Assembly: GCA_963662275.1 (NCBI GenBank)
Contig: OY759316.1
Location: 2,304,001 to 2,368,000 of the forward strand
Source of the DNA: Candidatus Cloacimonadales bacterium
Lineage (GTDB): Bacteria > Cloacimonadota > Cloacimonadia > Cloacimonadales > DAONDQ01
Direction: 5' to 3'
DNA length: 64,000 nt
Shown here: one piece after another, positions 11,212 to 21,333 of the stretch
Layout: every line of letters begins with the position of its first letter
Numbering within the stretch: the first letter of the stretch is position 1
Notes under the pieces: model-generated
The model's database searches: none
Told to the model about the DNA's origin: nothing
Seen by the model: only the letters and a program-made list of their open reading frames with translations
Translations under genes and position numbers: made by a program

Positions 11212-12960
11212 TTATTTGAGAATGATCATTTTCTTGGTTTGGCTTATGGTAGGAGAGTTAAGATTATAGAAGTATATTCCACTTCCGCAGATATTACCTT
11301 TGTTGTCCTTACCATCCCAAGTTAGCGTATGATTACCTTCATTAACGATGAAGGTTTTTACAGATTGTCCAAGAACATTGTAAATATTGATTGAAGCAGT
11401 CGTACCTTGCTTGACCTGGACATCAATATTGGTGGAACCATTCATCCGGAAAGGATTAGGATAGTTGTCATTCATTGATGTCATCTGAGGTACATTTACA
11501 ACAGGATTGTTATCCATAGTTGCTGTAAGTGGTCCAAAGAGAGTACTGGTATTGTTGAATTCTACACCTTGCAGCCAATAGTAATAAGTATGCCCATTTT
11601 CTACTTCCGGATCAATGATCTGATATGTGTTGGATACAGAAGTATTCGTCGCAGGAATTATCGCTTGATTCAACTGTGAAGCAGTACTAAAAATACCGAC
11701 ATCATTACGGAACACATTGTAACCCAACATGCTGGTTTCGCTCTGTGTAATCCAGGTAACATTGACAAAATTCTCTCCCGTCAAAGTTGCTGTGAAACTG
11801 CTAAGTTCTACAGGAAGAACTTCATCACCCTGGACAGTGATATAGAAATCTGTATTCGATGTTTGAGGTGGAACTCCATCATCAGTTGCGGAAATTGTAA
11901 CGTGATGAAGTCCTACATTGCCGGCATTCGCAATGATATGGAAAGTAACTGAAGCTGGATTCCCTGGTAAAATTTCATAACTGAATCCGCTTGTAAAATC
12001 ATCTGTGACTATTACATTTGTAGTTTCTCCAATTTCAGGGGATAACACAGTGACTACAAAATTATCTGATCCGCTTGGAGGTACAACTACAGGAACAACA
12101 GGAACGTCTTGAAAAATTGGAGGTGTGTTGTCACCACCGGTACCACCGAATTTATACAGTCTTCCGTCCAGAAAACTAATACCATCTGCATTATCACCAG
12201 GTCCGTCATAGTCAGTTCCTGGATGATCAAATCTGCCAATCTGGAAGAAATTTGTCCCATCACCTTTATTGACGCCGACAGTGGCAGGAGTACCATAAAA
12301 TCCACCTGACCCACCTGAAGCACTACCGGTAGTCCACTGCATAGTATCATAACTGAAACCAGCCCAGTAGCCTACACCTAATATTGGATCGGTACCATCT
12401 GAAAAAATCAGTTCGAAAGTATTGAGTTTGTCAGTCTGAGAATTGAAATATCCCACTGCATCCCATATAACGACAACCCTGTGAGCTTCTTTCTTGTACC
12501 AGACATATCCACCTCCGCTTTGCCGTGTATCCACATCTGCCCAGAAAGGTGCTAGCATTTTAAAGTCAGCAATAGGGAAGCCCGTCGAGCTAAAAGTGTA
12601 AAATGGTGTACCGAAAGAGACATTCCCATTGTTGTTGATATAAAAGCTATTGAAGACTTCTCCGAAAAAGCTAAACGGAAAAAGACATGCAATCTCACTA
12701 GTGTATTCGTCATCATTGGGACCCATTGCCAATTCAAATGAGGCATCCCAGGGAATAAGCAGATTTTGGTTATTCCTGGGGATCTTTACATGAGATGGAC
12801 GTACGGATGAAACTGGGTCTGGATTACTGACCAGGCTCTGTTTCCATGCTGCATACTCGGGCGAGGAAGGTAAAAGCTTAGCTTGCTGAGCAAATACCTG
12901 TAAGAAGATAAACGTGAAAATAACAAGGAATAATACTTTTGTTTTCATACAATCCTCCAT
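11212..12960 (-). CDS. Secreted nidogen (NIDO)-domain protein with FlgD-Ig/T9SS-like C-terminal domain
   Basis: Signal peptide; LAPFWADVDTR, NTFELIF, QWTTG NIDO-type motifs; LPVELSSFTA domain; NYPNPF...IYNVLGQ C-terminal domain. Confidence 0.75.
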   Translation of the reverse strand: MEDCMKTKVLFLVIFTFIFLQVFAQQAKLLPSSPEYAAWKQSLVSNPDPVSSVRPSHVKIPRNNQNLLIPWDASFELAMGPNDDEYTSEIACLFPFSFFGEVFNSFYINNNGNVSFGTPFYTFSSTGFPIADFKMLAPFWADVDTRQSGGGYVWYKKEAHRVVVIWDAVGYFNSQTDKLNTFELIFSDGTDPILGVGYWAGFSYDTMQWTTGSASGGSGGFYGTPATVGVNKGDGTNFFQIGRFDHPGTDYDGPGDNADGISFLDGRLYKFGGTGGDNTPPIFQDVPVVPVVVPPSGSDNFVVTVLSPEIGETTNVIVTDDFTSGFSYEILPGNPASVTFHIIANAGNVGLHHVTISATDDGVPPQTSNTDFYITVQGDEVLPVELSSFTATLTGENFVNVTWITQSETSMLGYNVFRNDVGIFSTASQLNQAIIPATNTSVSNTYQIIDPEVENGHTYYYWLQGVEFNNTSTLFGPLTATMDNNPVVNVPQMTSMNDNYPNPFRMNGSTNIDVQVKQGTTASINIYNVLGQSVKTFIVNEGNHTLTWDGKDNKGNICGSGIYFYNLNSPTISQTKKMIILK

Positions 12961-13067
12961 TTATTTTGTCTATACAAGTCTTATAAATATATATAAATTA
13001 CGTCAAGAAAAAAATTCAAATACTTTGTTATACAAAATATTGTATCAATAAAATAAATACTATTCTA

Positions 13068-13153
13068 TAGAGACGCCCAACTTGGGCGTCTCTACTTCTA
13101 CTTGTGAATTACAGGGCAAACGGAAAGAAGACGCCCAACTTGGGCGTCTCTAC
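13068..13153. repeat. Two REP-like palindromes GTAGAGACGCCCAAGTTGGGCGTCT (read on minus strand)
   Basis: Copies at 13068-13095 and 13129-13153 within a ~58-bp tandem duplication; GTAG tetranucleotide plus hairpin. Confidence 0.75.
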
Positions 13154-13268
13154 TTTATCTGAATTACAAGGCGAAGCGAATTATACTTGACAAAAACATT
13201 AATCTTGCTGATTCAAATAGAAAGGTATAAATTCAAGCCATGAATGAATATTATAGAGAGGTGATGTA

Positions 13269-14750
13269 ATGAAGAAATTCATATTCCTATTCCTGATATT
13301 ACTACCCTTCACACTGTTTGCTCAATCAACTAATGACAAAACCACTACCGAAGAAGTTAAGGGATTTTCAATGGGAGGAGCTGTAGGTACTGTAACATTT
13401 GACAATATTACTTACTCAGATATCCATCTTTCTCCGGAAATCTCAATATGGAAATTCGGCATCGGTCTTGATTTCGACCTTCTTATCGATCAGGAAGGAA
13501 ATATCCGTAAGGAAGACTGGGATGACTCAAAAGATATCCTGACAAAGATCTACATGATACGGTTCGCGCAAAGAGGCGATCCATTTTATGCCCGTGTAGG
13601 CGGATTTCCTAATTATACGCTTTCACATGGTTTAATCATGAACCATTATTCAAATATGCTGCAGTTTCCTCAGATACGCCAGATCGGTGTTATGGTTGGT
13701 GTAAATACTCCCATGTCAGGTTTGGGATTTGAAGTGTTCACATCGAACGTCCAAAGAAATGAAATCCTTGCCGGTCGTGTTCATATGAAGCCTCTAACCC
13801 CTACCGGAATGCCGTTGCTGAAAGATTTGGATGTTGGAGTCAGTGCAGCCACAGATCGTAACCAATACGGTGCTTTGGATGATGTCTCTTTTGATACTGA
13901 TGGGGATGGAATTTATGATGATGCAGACATTGATGCGGATAATGATGGAGAGTTGGATGCATCACCTTATGTCCTGGGTAAATATCCTATTTTAGAGACG
14001 ATAGAAGATCAATTGGATAGTTCATTTCCAAATTATGATGAGTTGCTAAGTTCAAAAAAAGAATCAGTAACTGAATATGGTGTAGATTATGAATTGCCAA
14101 TTATCCAGGGGGATAAATTCTATTTAAGTCATTATGGAGAAGCAGCTCAAATCCAGGATTTCAACATGGGATTTATTTTCCCAGGTTTTTATAGCAAATT
14201 TATGATCTTTGATATGAATGTTGAGTTAAGGCATTTCCAGGATAAATATATTCCCGGTTATTTTGATCAATTATATGATCAGCAAAGAGCTTCCACCTAT
14301 TACACCCTGGTACCGCCTGATTCAGAATTTTATGGCATCAGCACGAAGAAAGACCTGATCCAGTATGCAAAAGCGTCAACTGGCTGGTTCGCAAGTATTA
14401 CTTCGCACATTGGTGACATGGTACTTTTAACGATCTCTTACCAGGACATGTATAACAAAAGTAAAACTGGTGGAAAATCACTATGGGGGAACTTACGTCT
14501 CAATCCAAAATTCATACCTAAATTACAGGAAGCCAGCATTAATTACTCTCAAGTCAATGTAGATAAAATTAAGCAAATTCGTTGCAATAATGCGATCCTG
14601 GAAGGAAGATTGGTTTATGGATTATCATCAAATACGAACTTAGTTGGATCCTATTCAGAACGATATAATGATGTAAATAACGATGGTAAGATTAATAATG
14701 ATGGTGAAGTTCTAAAGACTTTTGGAACATCTGTGGAATTCAAATTCTAA
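13269..14750 (+). CDS. Hypothetical exported/outer-membrane protein
   Basis: Signal peptide, DxDGDG calcium-binding-like motifs, C-terminal F (VEFKF). Confidence 0.6.
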   Translation: MKKFIFLFLILLPFTLFAQSTNDKTTTEEVKGFSMGGAVGTVTFDNITYSDIHLSPEISIWKFGIGLDFDLLIDQEGNIRKEDWDDSKDILTKIYMIRFAQRGDPFYARVGGFPNYTLSHGLIMNHYSNMLQFPQIRQIGVMVGVNTPMSGLGFEVFTSNVQRNEILAGRVHMKPLTPTGMPLLKDLDVGVSAATDRNQYGALDDVSFDTDGDGIYDDADIDADNDGELDASPYVLGKYPILETIEDQLDSSFPNYDELLSSKKESVTEYGVDYELPIIQGDKFYLSHYGEAAQIQDFNMGFIFPGFYSKFMIFDMNVELRHFQDKYIPGYFDQLYDQQRASTYYTLVPPDSEFYGISTKKDLIQYAKASTGWFASITSHIGDMVLLTISYQDMYNKSKTGGKSLWGNLRLNPKFIPKLQEASINYSQVNVDKIKQIRCNNAILEGRLVYGLSSNTNLVGSYSERYNDVNNDGKINNDGEVLKTFGTSVEFKF

Positions 14751-14763
14751 TTATCAAATACAA

Positions 14764-14801
14764 TAAAACAAATGCTCCCGTTTATGGGAGCATTTGTTTT
14801 A
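14764..14801. terminator. Bidirectional intrinsic terminator
   Basis: TAAAACAAATGCTCCC/GGGAGCATTTGTTTTA perfect stem between convergent genes. Confidence 0.8.
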
Positions 14802-14821
14802 ATCTTATTTTTTATACGTAT

Positions 14822-15238
14822 TCAGGAAATTTTAAAATAAGGAAATAGAATACCAATCTCTCGTTTGGCACTTTCATCTGAATCGGATGCATGAACTGCA
14901 TTTTCTGTAATACTATCGGCATACAATTTACGAATCGTTCCCCATTCCTGTTTTGCAGGATCTGTATCTCCAATCAGTAATCTTAAATCTTCAACCGCAT
15001 CTTGTTTCTGAAGAATGACTGCTGTCGTACGTCCAGATACCATAAATTTAATCAGGTTGGAAAAGAAGGATTTGCCTTTATGCATTTCATAAAATTCTTC
15101 TGCTAAATCATAATCCATAGTAAATATTCGAGCTTCCACTAATTCAAATCCATGATGCTCAACCATGGCGATGATTTCACCGATATGATGCTTTTGAGTT
15201 GCGTTCGGTTTGATGAGAAGGAGAGAATAATTACTCAT
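14822..15238 (-). CDS. ndk: Nucleoside-diphosphate kinase
   Basis: IKPNA, FYEMHKGKSFF, GTIR, NAVHASDS. Confidence 0.95.
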   Translation of the reverse strand: MSNYSLLLIKPNATQKHHIGEIIAMVEHHGFELVEARIFTMDYDLAEEFYEMHKGKSFFSNLIKFMVSGRTTAVILQKQDAVEDLRLLIGDTDPAKQEWGTIRKLYADSITENAVHASDSDESAKREIGILFPYFKIS

Positions 15239-15561
15239 TATTTCACTGAATATCGCGTTTCAATATAATCAAGTGCTGCGACCCTAATAGCAATATCACG
15301 ATCAAGAATCTTACTCATACTGATCTTGTGCTTCAATACTTCAATCCAAAGATCGAAAACTTCACTTTGTTTTAATTCTAAGCCTGTATAAATTTTTATC
15401 ATATTGGGATAAAATTCATCACGATCTGAATCAATGTGTGCTATAATGTACTTTAATGGTTCGTTCGTTACTTCATAGTCTTTATAACGAACATCAACTA
15501 CTGCAAATCCCTGTTTCAACAGGTTTTCAAAACTGATATGAAAATCTTCATGCTGTGCCAT
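15238..15561 (-). CDS. Hypothetical protein (DUF4032-like C-terminal motif)
   Basis: EVLKHK...RDIAIRVAALDY motif; RBS present; stop overlaps the ndk start. Confidence 0.5.
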   Translation of the reverse strand: MAQHEDFHISFENLLKQGFAVVDVRYKDYEVTNEPLKYIIAHIDSDRDEFYPNMIKIYTGLELKQSEVFDLWIEVLKHKISMSKILDRDIAIRVAALDYIETRYSVK

Positions 15562-15749
15562 TTGCCATCTCCTTCTTGATAATACGATCGACCGACCATC
15601 TTTGATATATTCTAAAAACGCCTTTAATCGTCAAGGAGTTTTCTCTTTTTTCATAACTAACAAACTCTTTCCTTGTCTGTGTATTTTGAAAATGGCAATA
15701 TTGAATCGCTCTTTAAATACAATAATTGCTCGTGAATGAAATTTAGACA

Positions 15750-16856
15750 CTAAATTCCTGTTGCTATTGAAATCTGATTTCTACCATTATTTTTACTCAT
15801 ATAAAGCGCTTGATCTGCTTTTTGGATGCAGTAATCTATATCACTATTCTCTGAATAACTGCTTACTCCTGCAGATAGTCTGATAGAAATCTGTTTCGTT
15901 CGATATATACATGGCATAATTTCAATTTTATCTAGTATCTTCTTATAAACGATCTTGGCACTTTCCATATCCGTCTCTGGCAGCAAAATAAGAAACTCAT
16001 CACCACCCCATCGGGATACAATATCTTGTTTTCTCAATGTTTTTTCCATCAGTTGTGATAAATAAACAAGTACAAAGTCCCCGGCATCATGACCATCCGA
16101 ATCATTAATCTGCTTAAAGAAATCAATATCCAGCATCATAATCGAAAATTGTATATGATTACGTTCATATGTAATTTGCGCATATTCAAGCTTTTCTGCC
16201 ATATCACGCCGATTGGAGAGATTCGTAAGAGGATCTTTACGGGCAACAAGATCTAAGATATGATTTGCATTTGTCAGCTCTTCGTTTATCACATGTATTT
16301 CCATGTATGCTTTTATCAATTTTCTGGTAGTAACAGATTTCATTAAATACAAATACACAAACATAAAAGTAATTAGTATAAGCAAAATACCAAAGATATT
16401 GCTATCTCGTTTATATATTTTCAGGTTACTGTATTGCAAAGACTTGACCATGCGGTCATAAATATGAGCTTGATCTTCAAGTGCTTCAATATGACCGGCT
16501 AATTCCGGTCGCAGATGAAAAATCATCAGGGCTTTCTGATTCGCTGAAAGAGCTTCTGTCACATGACCGCTTTTCAATTGCAAAGCACATAACCTATTTA
16601 AACATAAAGCTTGTGTACCTATATCACCAGAATTCTGTGCTAGATGAATTGCCATATTTATATAGATCGTAGCTTTCTGAGGATTCTTTCGTGCCACAGA
16701 GTCTGAAATAGTCAAATAGTCCTCTATTTTCAGACCTTGGGGTTTACCATGTATGATAGGCATATTAATCATGTTATGATCTTGCGAAAATAACAGTATA
16801 GGAAATAAGATCAATAATAACCAAATCCCTTTTATCATACAAATCCTTTTTTGCAC
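15750..16856 (-). CDS. Membrane-anchored diguanylate cyclase (GGDEF)
   Basis: DPLTNLSNRR, DIDFFKQIND, RWGGDEF, ADQALY; TPR-like periplasmic region and a TM helix. Confidence 0.9.
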   Translation of the reverse strand: MQKRICMIKGIWLLLILFPILLFSQDHNMINMPIIHGKPQGLKIEDYLTISDSVARKNPQKATIYINMAIHLAQNSGDIGTQALCLNRLCALQLKSGHVTEALSANQKALMIFHLRPELAGHIEALEDQAHIYDRMVKSLQYSNLKIYKRDSNIFGILLILITFMFVYLYLMKSVTTRKLIKAYMEIHVINEELTNANHILDLVARKDPLTNLSNRRDMAEKLEYAQITYERNHIQFSIMMLDIDFFKQINDSDGHDAGDFVLVYLSQLMEKTLRKQDIVSRWGGDEFLILLPETDMESAKIVYKKILDKIEIMPCIYRTKQISIRLSAGVSSYSENSDIDYCIQKADQALYMSKNNGRNQISIATGI

Positions 16857-17152
16857 TTCGCCTTTGCATTTTCAAATCTTTATACTATTTTTGTAATTAA
16901 AAGTCCAAACTGTCAAGTGATTAATTTAATCCTATTTTGATTATAGTGCCACAATTATTTACATTGTTTATATAGACTCTCTTATAAAGTATCCTGATCA
17001 TCCAGGAGTTAATAATTTCTTTCGAAAATAAATGAAGCTGTTCTCTGGCTTCTTCTCCATCCATTTCTTGTTTACGAACTGGTTCTGATTATCTTATCTA
17101 TGATTAGTAATTTTTATAGTTATTCGTATTTTGTTTTACATAAGGAGATATC

Positions 17153-17635
17153 ATGAATATCTGCATAATTGTCCATTCACAGACAGGAAATACGCTCCAG
17201 TTTGCCAAACTGCTTGCAGACAAATTACAAGCCAGGGGTAATTCTTTAGATATAATCGAACTCCGCACAAATGTACCTGTCATCTCTGGTTCGGTGAACC
17301 ATACGATAAACTTCGAGATCAAAAATCTACCTGATATTTCAAACTATGATGTTATTATTGCAGGTGGTCCAGTATGGTCGTTTTCTGTATCCCCTGTTAT
17401 TTATAAAGCAATTACCAGGTTACCCGCAATGAAAGGGAAGAAATTCCTGCCTTTTGTCACCATGACAGCCCCTCTTATCAGTATGGGTGGAACAAGTTCC
17501 CTCAAACTAATGAGTGAAGCTGCTGCAAACCTCGGCGCAGAAATTCTTCCCGGTGTTGCTATCCCAAGGTTATTCAGTAATGTCGATTCCATTATCATTC
17601 GAGAAGCTGAAAAGATATGTATGGAGCTCAGGTAG
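17153..17635 (+). CDS. Flavodoxin family protein
   Basis: HSQTGNT FMN-binding loop, YDVIIAGGPVW. Confidence 0.8.
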   Translation: MNICIIVHSQTGNTLQFAKLLADKLQARGNSLDIIELRTNVPVISGSVNHTINFEIKNLPDISNYDVIIAGGPVWSFSVSPVIYKAITRLPAMKGKKFLPFVTMTAPLISMGGTSSLKLMSEAAANLGAEILPGVAIPRLFSNVDSIIIREAEKICMELR

Positions 17636-17639
17636 GGGC

Positions 17640-17745
17640 TAGGTGTTTGGTGTTAGGTGCTAGGTGCTAGGTGCTAGGTGTTAGGTGTTAGGTGTTAGGT
17701 GCTAGGTGCTAGGTGTTAGGTGCTAGGTGCTAGGTGCTAGGTGTT
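17640..17745. repeat. Heptamer tandem array (TAGGTGY)n
   Basis: About 15 copies of TAGGTGC/TAGGTGT. Confidence 0.9.
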
Positions 17746-17809
17746 ATTCCCTACTACCATCTCCTATTTCAATTTTAAATTTTAAATCTTCAATTCTGCT
17801 CTCTTCCTC

Positions 17810-17879
17810 AATTCGTAATTCGTAACTCGTAATTCTCAGCCCTCTTCTCCCTCAATTCGTAATTCGTAATTCGTAATTC
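17810..17879. repeat. Heptamer tandem tracts (AATTCGT)n
   Basis: Two short tracts of AATTCGT. Confidence 0.8.
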
Positions 17880-18056
17880 TCTGCAATCTCTTCTTGACAC
17901 TTGTAACTACCATTCATTTTAATTGTTTTTATAATGAATATTAACTTTCTAACTAAAGAGTATAGATTTGATTTAATCTTTACAACGAAGATTAATCGAA
18001 TCAATTATGAAAACATGAATATTGATTTCAAACGATAACACTAGGGAGGTAGTTTT

Positions 18057-19493
18057 ATGAAGGTCATTTTAAGTCTAATCATCACATGCACAATTCTCTC
18101 AACACTAAGCGGAACCAGCATTGGATATGATATTGGTAACTTTAGACCTATGGATTTGCAGGAATATTCCCTGGCTCCCTATATTTCTAATAATACTGAG
18201 TATGTAGATGTAAAAGGCTATGGCTATGGCTCAGGCCAGGATAATGGACTTTCCCTTAAAGGTTTATTGAAGCTGGTAAAACCAAATCATGAATTACTTG
18301 TTTCTACCGATGATAACGCTTTAATGACCGCATCAAAAAACAGTAATTACCTTTCCTCTTACTATAAGAATAGTAAATATGGACAAAAGTCAATTTTTTA
18401 TTCTTATGATATTCTATGGCAGAAAGGTTTATCTTCTTCAAATCAAATAGAATACAGAAAATACAACGATAAGCATTTTGTAGGTCTTGAATTTACTAAT
18501 TCATACGAATATTCAGATAGCAAGGAGAAAGATGCTTATTCTTTCAGTGAAAACGTTCTGGTTAAATACTGGTCTCTTCAAAACAGTTTGGCTGCTGCAA
18601 TCGGAGTAGGAAGACTTTATGAATGCCAGGAAGCGTATACTGCCTGGTATTTCTTCAAAGAGCTGGAAAAGAATGGCTTCCTAAATAAACAGTACACTGC
18701 AGAAGACATTGATGAGATCGCCACAACACTCTATAAACTCAGGTCATTACATGAAATCGATTCCCGCCGGAATTATGTAACAAAAGCGACCATTCTCATG
18801 GATGAACTGAAGTCGAAAGAGTATATCAGAGCTGGTACTGATACAAAAGCAGCAGCCACACTCATGGAATTATGGCAACAGGGTGATAAGGCTGAAAGAC
18901 TTACAGGGACTCGATGTGAAATCAAACCATTCATTTCAATCACTGATTATGTAAGGAAAGATATTTTTGAGTACGAAGATTCAAATACATCTGAGAGCAT
19001 GGAGAGATTCTACCAGTTTGATGGTGGTATGGAACTGGCACTCAGATATGAACGACCATTTCATAATATCTTCCAAATGAGCAGTAAATTAAGTCTAGAA
19101 CAGGGATTTTATGATTCTTTTTACAAAGAAGATTATGATGGAACAACGAGGGTGAATTGGAAACCTTTTACTCATATAAACGCATATTATACAATCTCTT
19201 GCTATCCCGACTGTCGTAGCCATATTTCCCTGGGGATGAATTCACATTACTTCATAAAGAACTTATCAAGTGCTCAATTATCCGGGGATTATTTGTCATT
19301 CCTCTGGTATCGCGACTATACTCAGCAATTCGACACAAGTGTAGCTCTCAATACTAATTACCTGATAACCTCTAGACTGTATCTCAATGGCAATATCTCT
19401 GGTGCATTTAAACATATGCGGAGAATTGATGACTTTGTTTACCAGCCATCTTCTTTTAATGCTTCTTTGAACCTGGAGTATAGAATATACTAG
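18057..19493 (+). CDS. Hypothetical exported, probably outer-membrane beta-barrel protein
   Basis: Strong RBS GGGAGG, signal peptide, Tyr/Phe-rich beta pattern, C terminus LEYRIY. Confidence 0.6.
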   Translation: MKVILSLIITCTILSTLSGTSIGYDIGNFRPMDLQEYSLAPYISNNTEYVDVKGYGYGSGQDNGLSLKGLLKLVKPNHELLVSTDDNALMTASKNSNYLSSYYKNSKYGQKSIFYSYDILWQKGLSSSNQIEYRKYNDKHFVGLEFTNSYEYSDSKEKDAYSFSENVLVKYWSLQNSLAAAIGVGRLYECQEAYTAWYFFKELEKNGFLNKQYTAEDIDEIATTLYKLRSLHEIDSRRNYVTKATILMDELKSKEYIRAGTDTKAAATLMELWQQGDKAERLTGTRCEIKPFISITDYVRKDIFEYEDSNTSESMERFYQFDGGMELALRYERPFHNIFQMSSKLSLEQGFYDSFYKEDYDGTTRVNWKPFTHINAYYTISCYPDCRSHISLGMNSHYFIKNLSSAQLSGDYLSFLWYRDYTQQFDTSVALNTNYLITSRLYLNGNISGAFKHMRRIDDFVYQPSSFNASLNLEYRIY

Positions 19494-19697
19494 AATTACG
19501 AATTATGAATTAGCAGAGAAGGGGAGAGCTAGTTCTGGTCTTCTCTTCAAATCTTCATCATCCGAGCAGACGTTGAAAGCAATTCAACAACCACAGACAT
19601 TTCGACTATGCTCAATGACCGGAAATCGGCGTTCCGTATACTCTCCCAATCTTATATCTTCAATTCCGCTCTCTCCCCAATTTGTAATTCGTAATTC

Positions 19698-19822
19698 TCT
19701 GCCTCTTTCTCTGTCACTTTTAGTTTTTAGCTTGTAGTTATTAGATGTCCCTTCTTCTTCTGCCTCTTTCTCTGTCACTTTTAGTTTTTAGCTTTTGTTA
19801 TTAGATGTCCCTTCTTCTTCTG
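19698..19822. repeat. ~60-bp tandem duplication
   Basis: TCTGCCTCTTTCTCTGTCACTTTTAGTTTTTAGCTT...TTAGATGTCCCTTCTTCTTC present twice. Confidence 0.8.
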
Positions 19823-19923
19823 ACTCTTCCCAAGAAAATAGGAAATTCAGCTTCATAGCGTTCTTAGACCTTGAAAACGATATGGTACGATTGCTATATC
19901 ATTACGGTACAAATACGGTTTTT

Positions 19924-19968
19924 TACCGTAATGCTACCGTATTGCTACCGTATTGCTACCGTAATGCT
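19924..19968. repeat. 11-bp tandem repeat (TACCGTAWTGC)x4
   Basis: Seen directly. Confidence 0.85.
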
Positions 19969-20222
19969 CTTAGGGGAGCTACGTCCTGCGGACTAACGTA
20001 GCGCATTCTTCAAGTATATGTCTGCCAGTTGAAACTGTATAGCCGTTTGGAAAAAGCGTTCCGGAAAAGCAAGGTAAACCATGCTGCCACGTTACCTGAA
20101 GGAAACAACCACCGACCATGTAACCTGAAGGATACCACGACTGGTCGGTGGTCACTGCTTCAGCTTGTGGGTAATGTTCTTCAGGTCATTATATGCTCAG
20201 CGTTACAGATACTTACTGAAGT

Positions 20223-20317
20223 GTAGGGTTTGCGGAAGTAAACCCATTCTGGTATTTTAAGGCTTGCATATTGACTTTTACGTTTTTGAAGAAGGGTTTA
20301 CTTCCGCAAACCCCTAC
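20223..20317. repeat. Inverted pair of GTAG-led REP-like elements (REPIN-like)
   Basis: GTAGGGTTTGCGGAAGTAAACCC at 20223-20245 and its near-exact reverse complement at 20294-20317. Confidence 0.75.
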
Positions 20318-20392
20318 ATTTCCCCAGGAAGGACTTCCAAGGCTAGCAGAGTTGCGTCCTACGGACTAACGTAGCAACCACTTCAGGTAATG

Positions 20393-20434
20393 CTAACACC
20401 TAGCACCTAGCACCTAAAACCTAACACCTAGCAC
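20393..20434. repeat. Heptamer tract (RCACCTA)n, reverse complement of the 17640 array
   Basis: CTAACACCTAGCACCTAGCACCTA... Confidence 0.8.
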
Positions 20435-20585
20435 TTGTTCCCTATTCCCTGCCTGCTGTACACTGTACCCTGTTCCCTGTTCCCTGTACGCTGTACGCTA
20501 TCCCCTATTCCCTCCTCCTTCCTTTTTTTCATTGACATAGGATAGGGCTATTTCAAATTACCATTTGTTAGAAAAGGAGTTTTAT

Positions 20586-20903
20586 ATGTCTAATCAACCT
20601 CAACAACCCCAGCAGCTAAATATCCAAATTGATGAGAAAGTCGGTGAAGGTGTTTATTCCAATTTATTCGTCATAACTCATTCTCCATCCGAATTCATTA
20701 TTGATTTTGGTCGTGTCGTCCCAGGTATTCCAAATGCCAAGATTTACAGTCGTGTATTAACTACTCCAACCCATGCTAAACAGCTAATGATGCTTTTACA
20801 GCAAAATATTGAAGCGTATGAAAAGCAGAATGGTGAGATCAAATTTGCCGGTCAACCAGAGAATAAAGCGGTAGGCTTCAAGAGTGTTGGACAAAATTCT
20901 TGA
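20586..20903 (+). CDS. DUF3467 family protein
   Basis: GVYSNLFVITHSPSEFIIDF...TPTHAKQL...NIEAYE; ATG at 20586 follows an AAGGAG RBS. Confidence 0.8.
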   Translation: MSNQPQQPQQLNIQIDEKVGEGVYSNLFVITHSPSEFIIDFGRVVPGIPNAKIYSRVLTTPTHAKQLMMLLQQNIEAYEKQNGEIKFAGQPENKAVGFKSVGQNS

Positions 20904-20977
20904 CTCAAAGAGAGCATATTAAGAGTTTGATTTAATTCAGAAAGAATCCCAGCCGTGCCGTATATTAAAGGTGGAAA

Positions 20978-21232
20978 ATGAAGCTTAATAATCATTTACA
21001 ACTGCAGGACTCCGCTTCGATTATCAGAAGCAGGATGAAGTATACTGCCCATCAGCAAAGGACATACTGGCTCTATGCAGTCATCTGTTCACTGATCGCT
21101 ACAATTATGACGCGATTTGATAGCAGAAAGTTTTACCCGGCTGACAGGGATGTATTGGGACTTGGTTTTGCGATTGTAAATACAAATCCGTTCGGAGTGG
21201 ATCATTTAGAAAACCACGTTCTTAGGTTATAG
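20978..21232 (+). CDS. Small uORF with a hydrophobic segment upstream of secD (candidate leader/arrest peptide)
   Basis: AAAGGTGG RBS, 84 aa, hydrophobic stretch YWLYAVICSLIATIM; ends about 100 bp before secD. Confidence 0.5.
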   Translation: MKLNNHLQLQDSASIIRSRMKYTAHQQRTYWLYAVICSLIATIMTRFDSRKFYPADRDVLGLGFAIVNTNPFGVDHLENHVLRL

Positions 21233-21333
21233 ACAGCTATCCAACAGATTCAATCGAATTAGTTACTATATTTCCATACTTTTTAAAAATTAAATATCAA
21301 TAAAATAGAACAATAAAGAGGGAGTAGAAGCGA

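Noticed and set aside
19584..20226. Short ORFs in the repeat mosaic
   Set aside because: Low complexity, derived from repeats, no RBS
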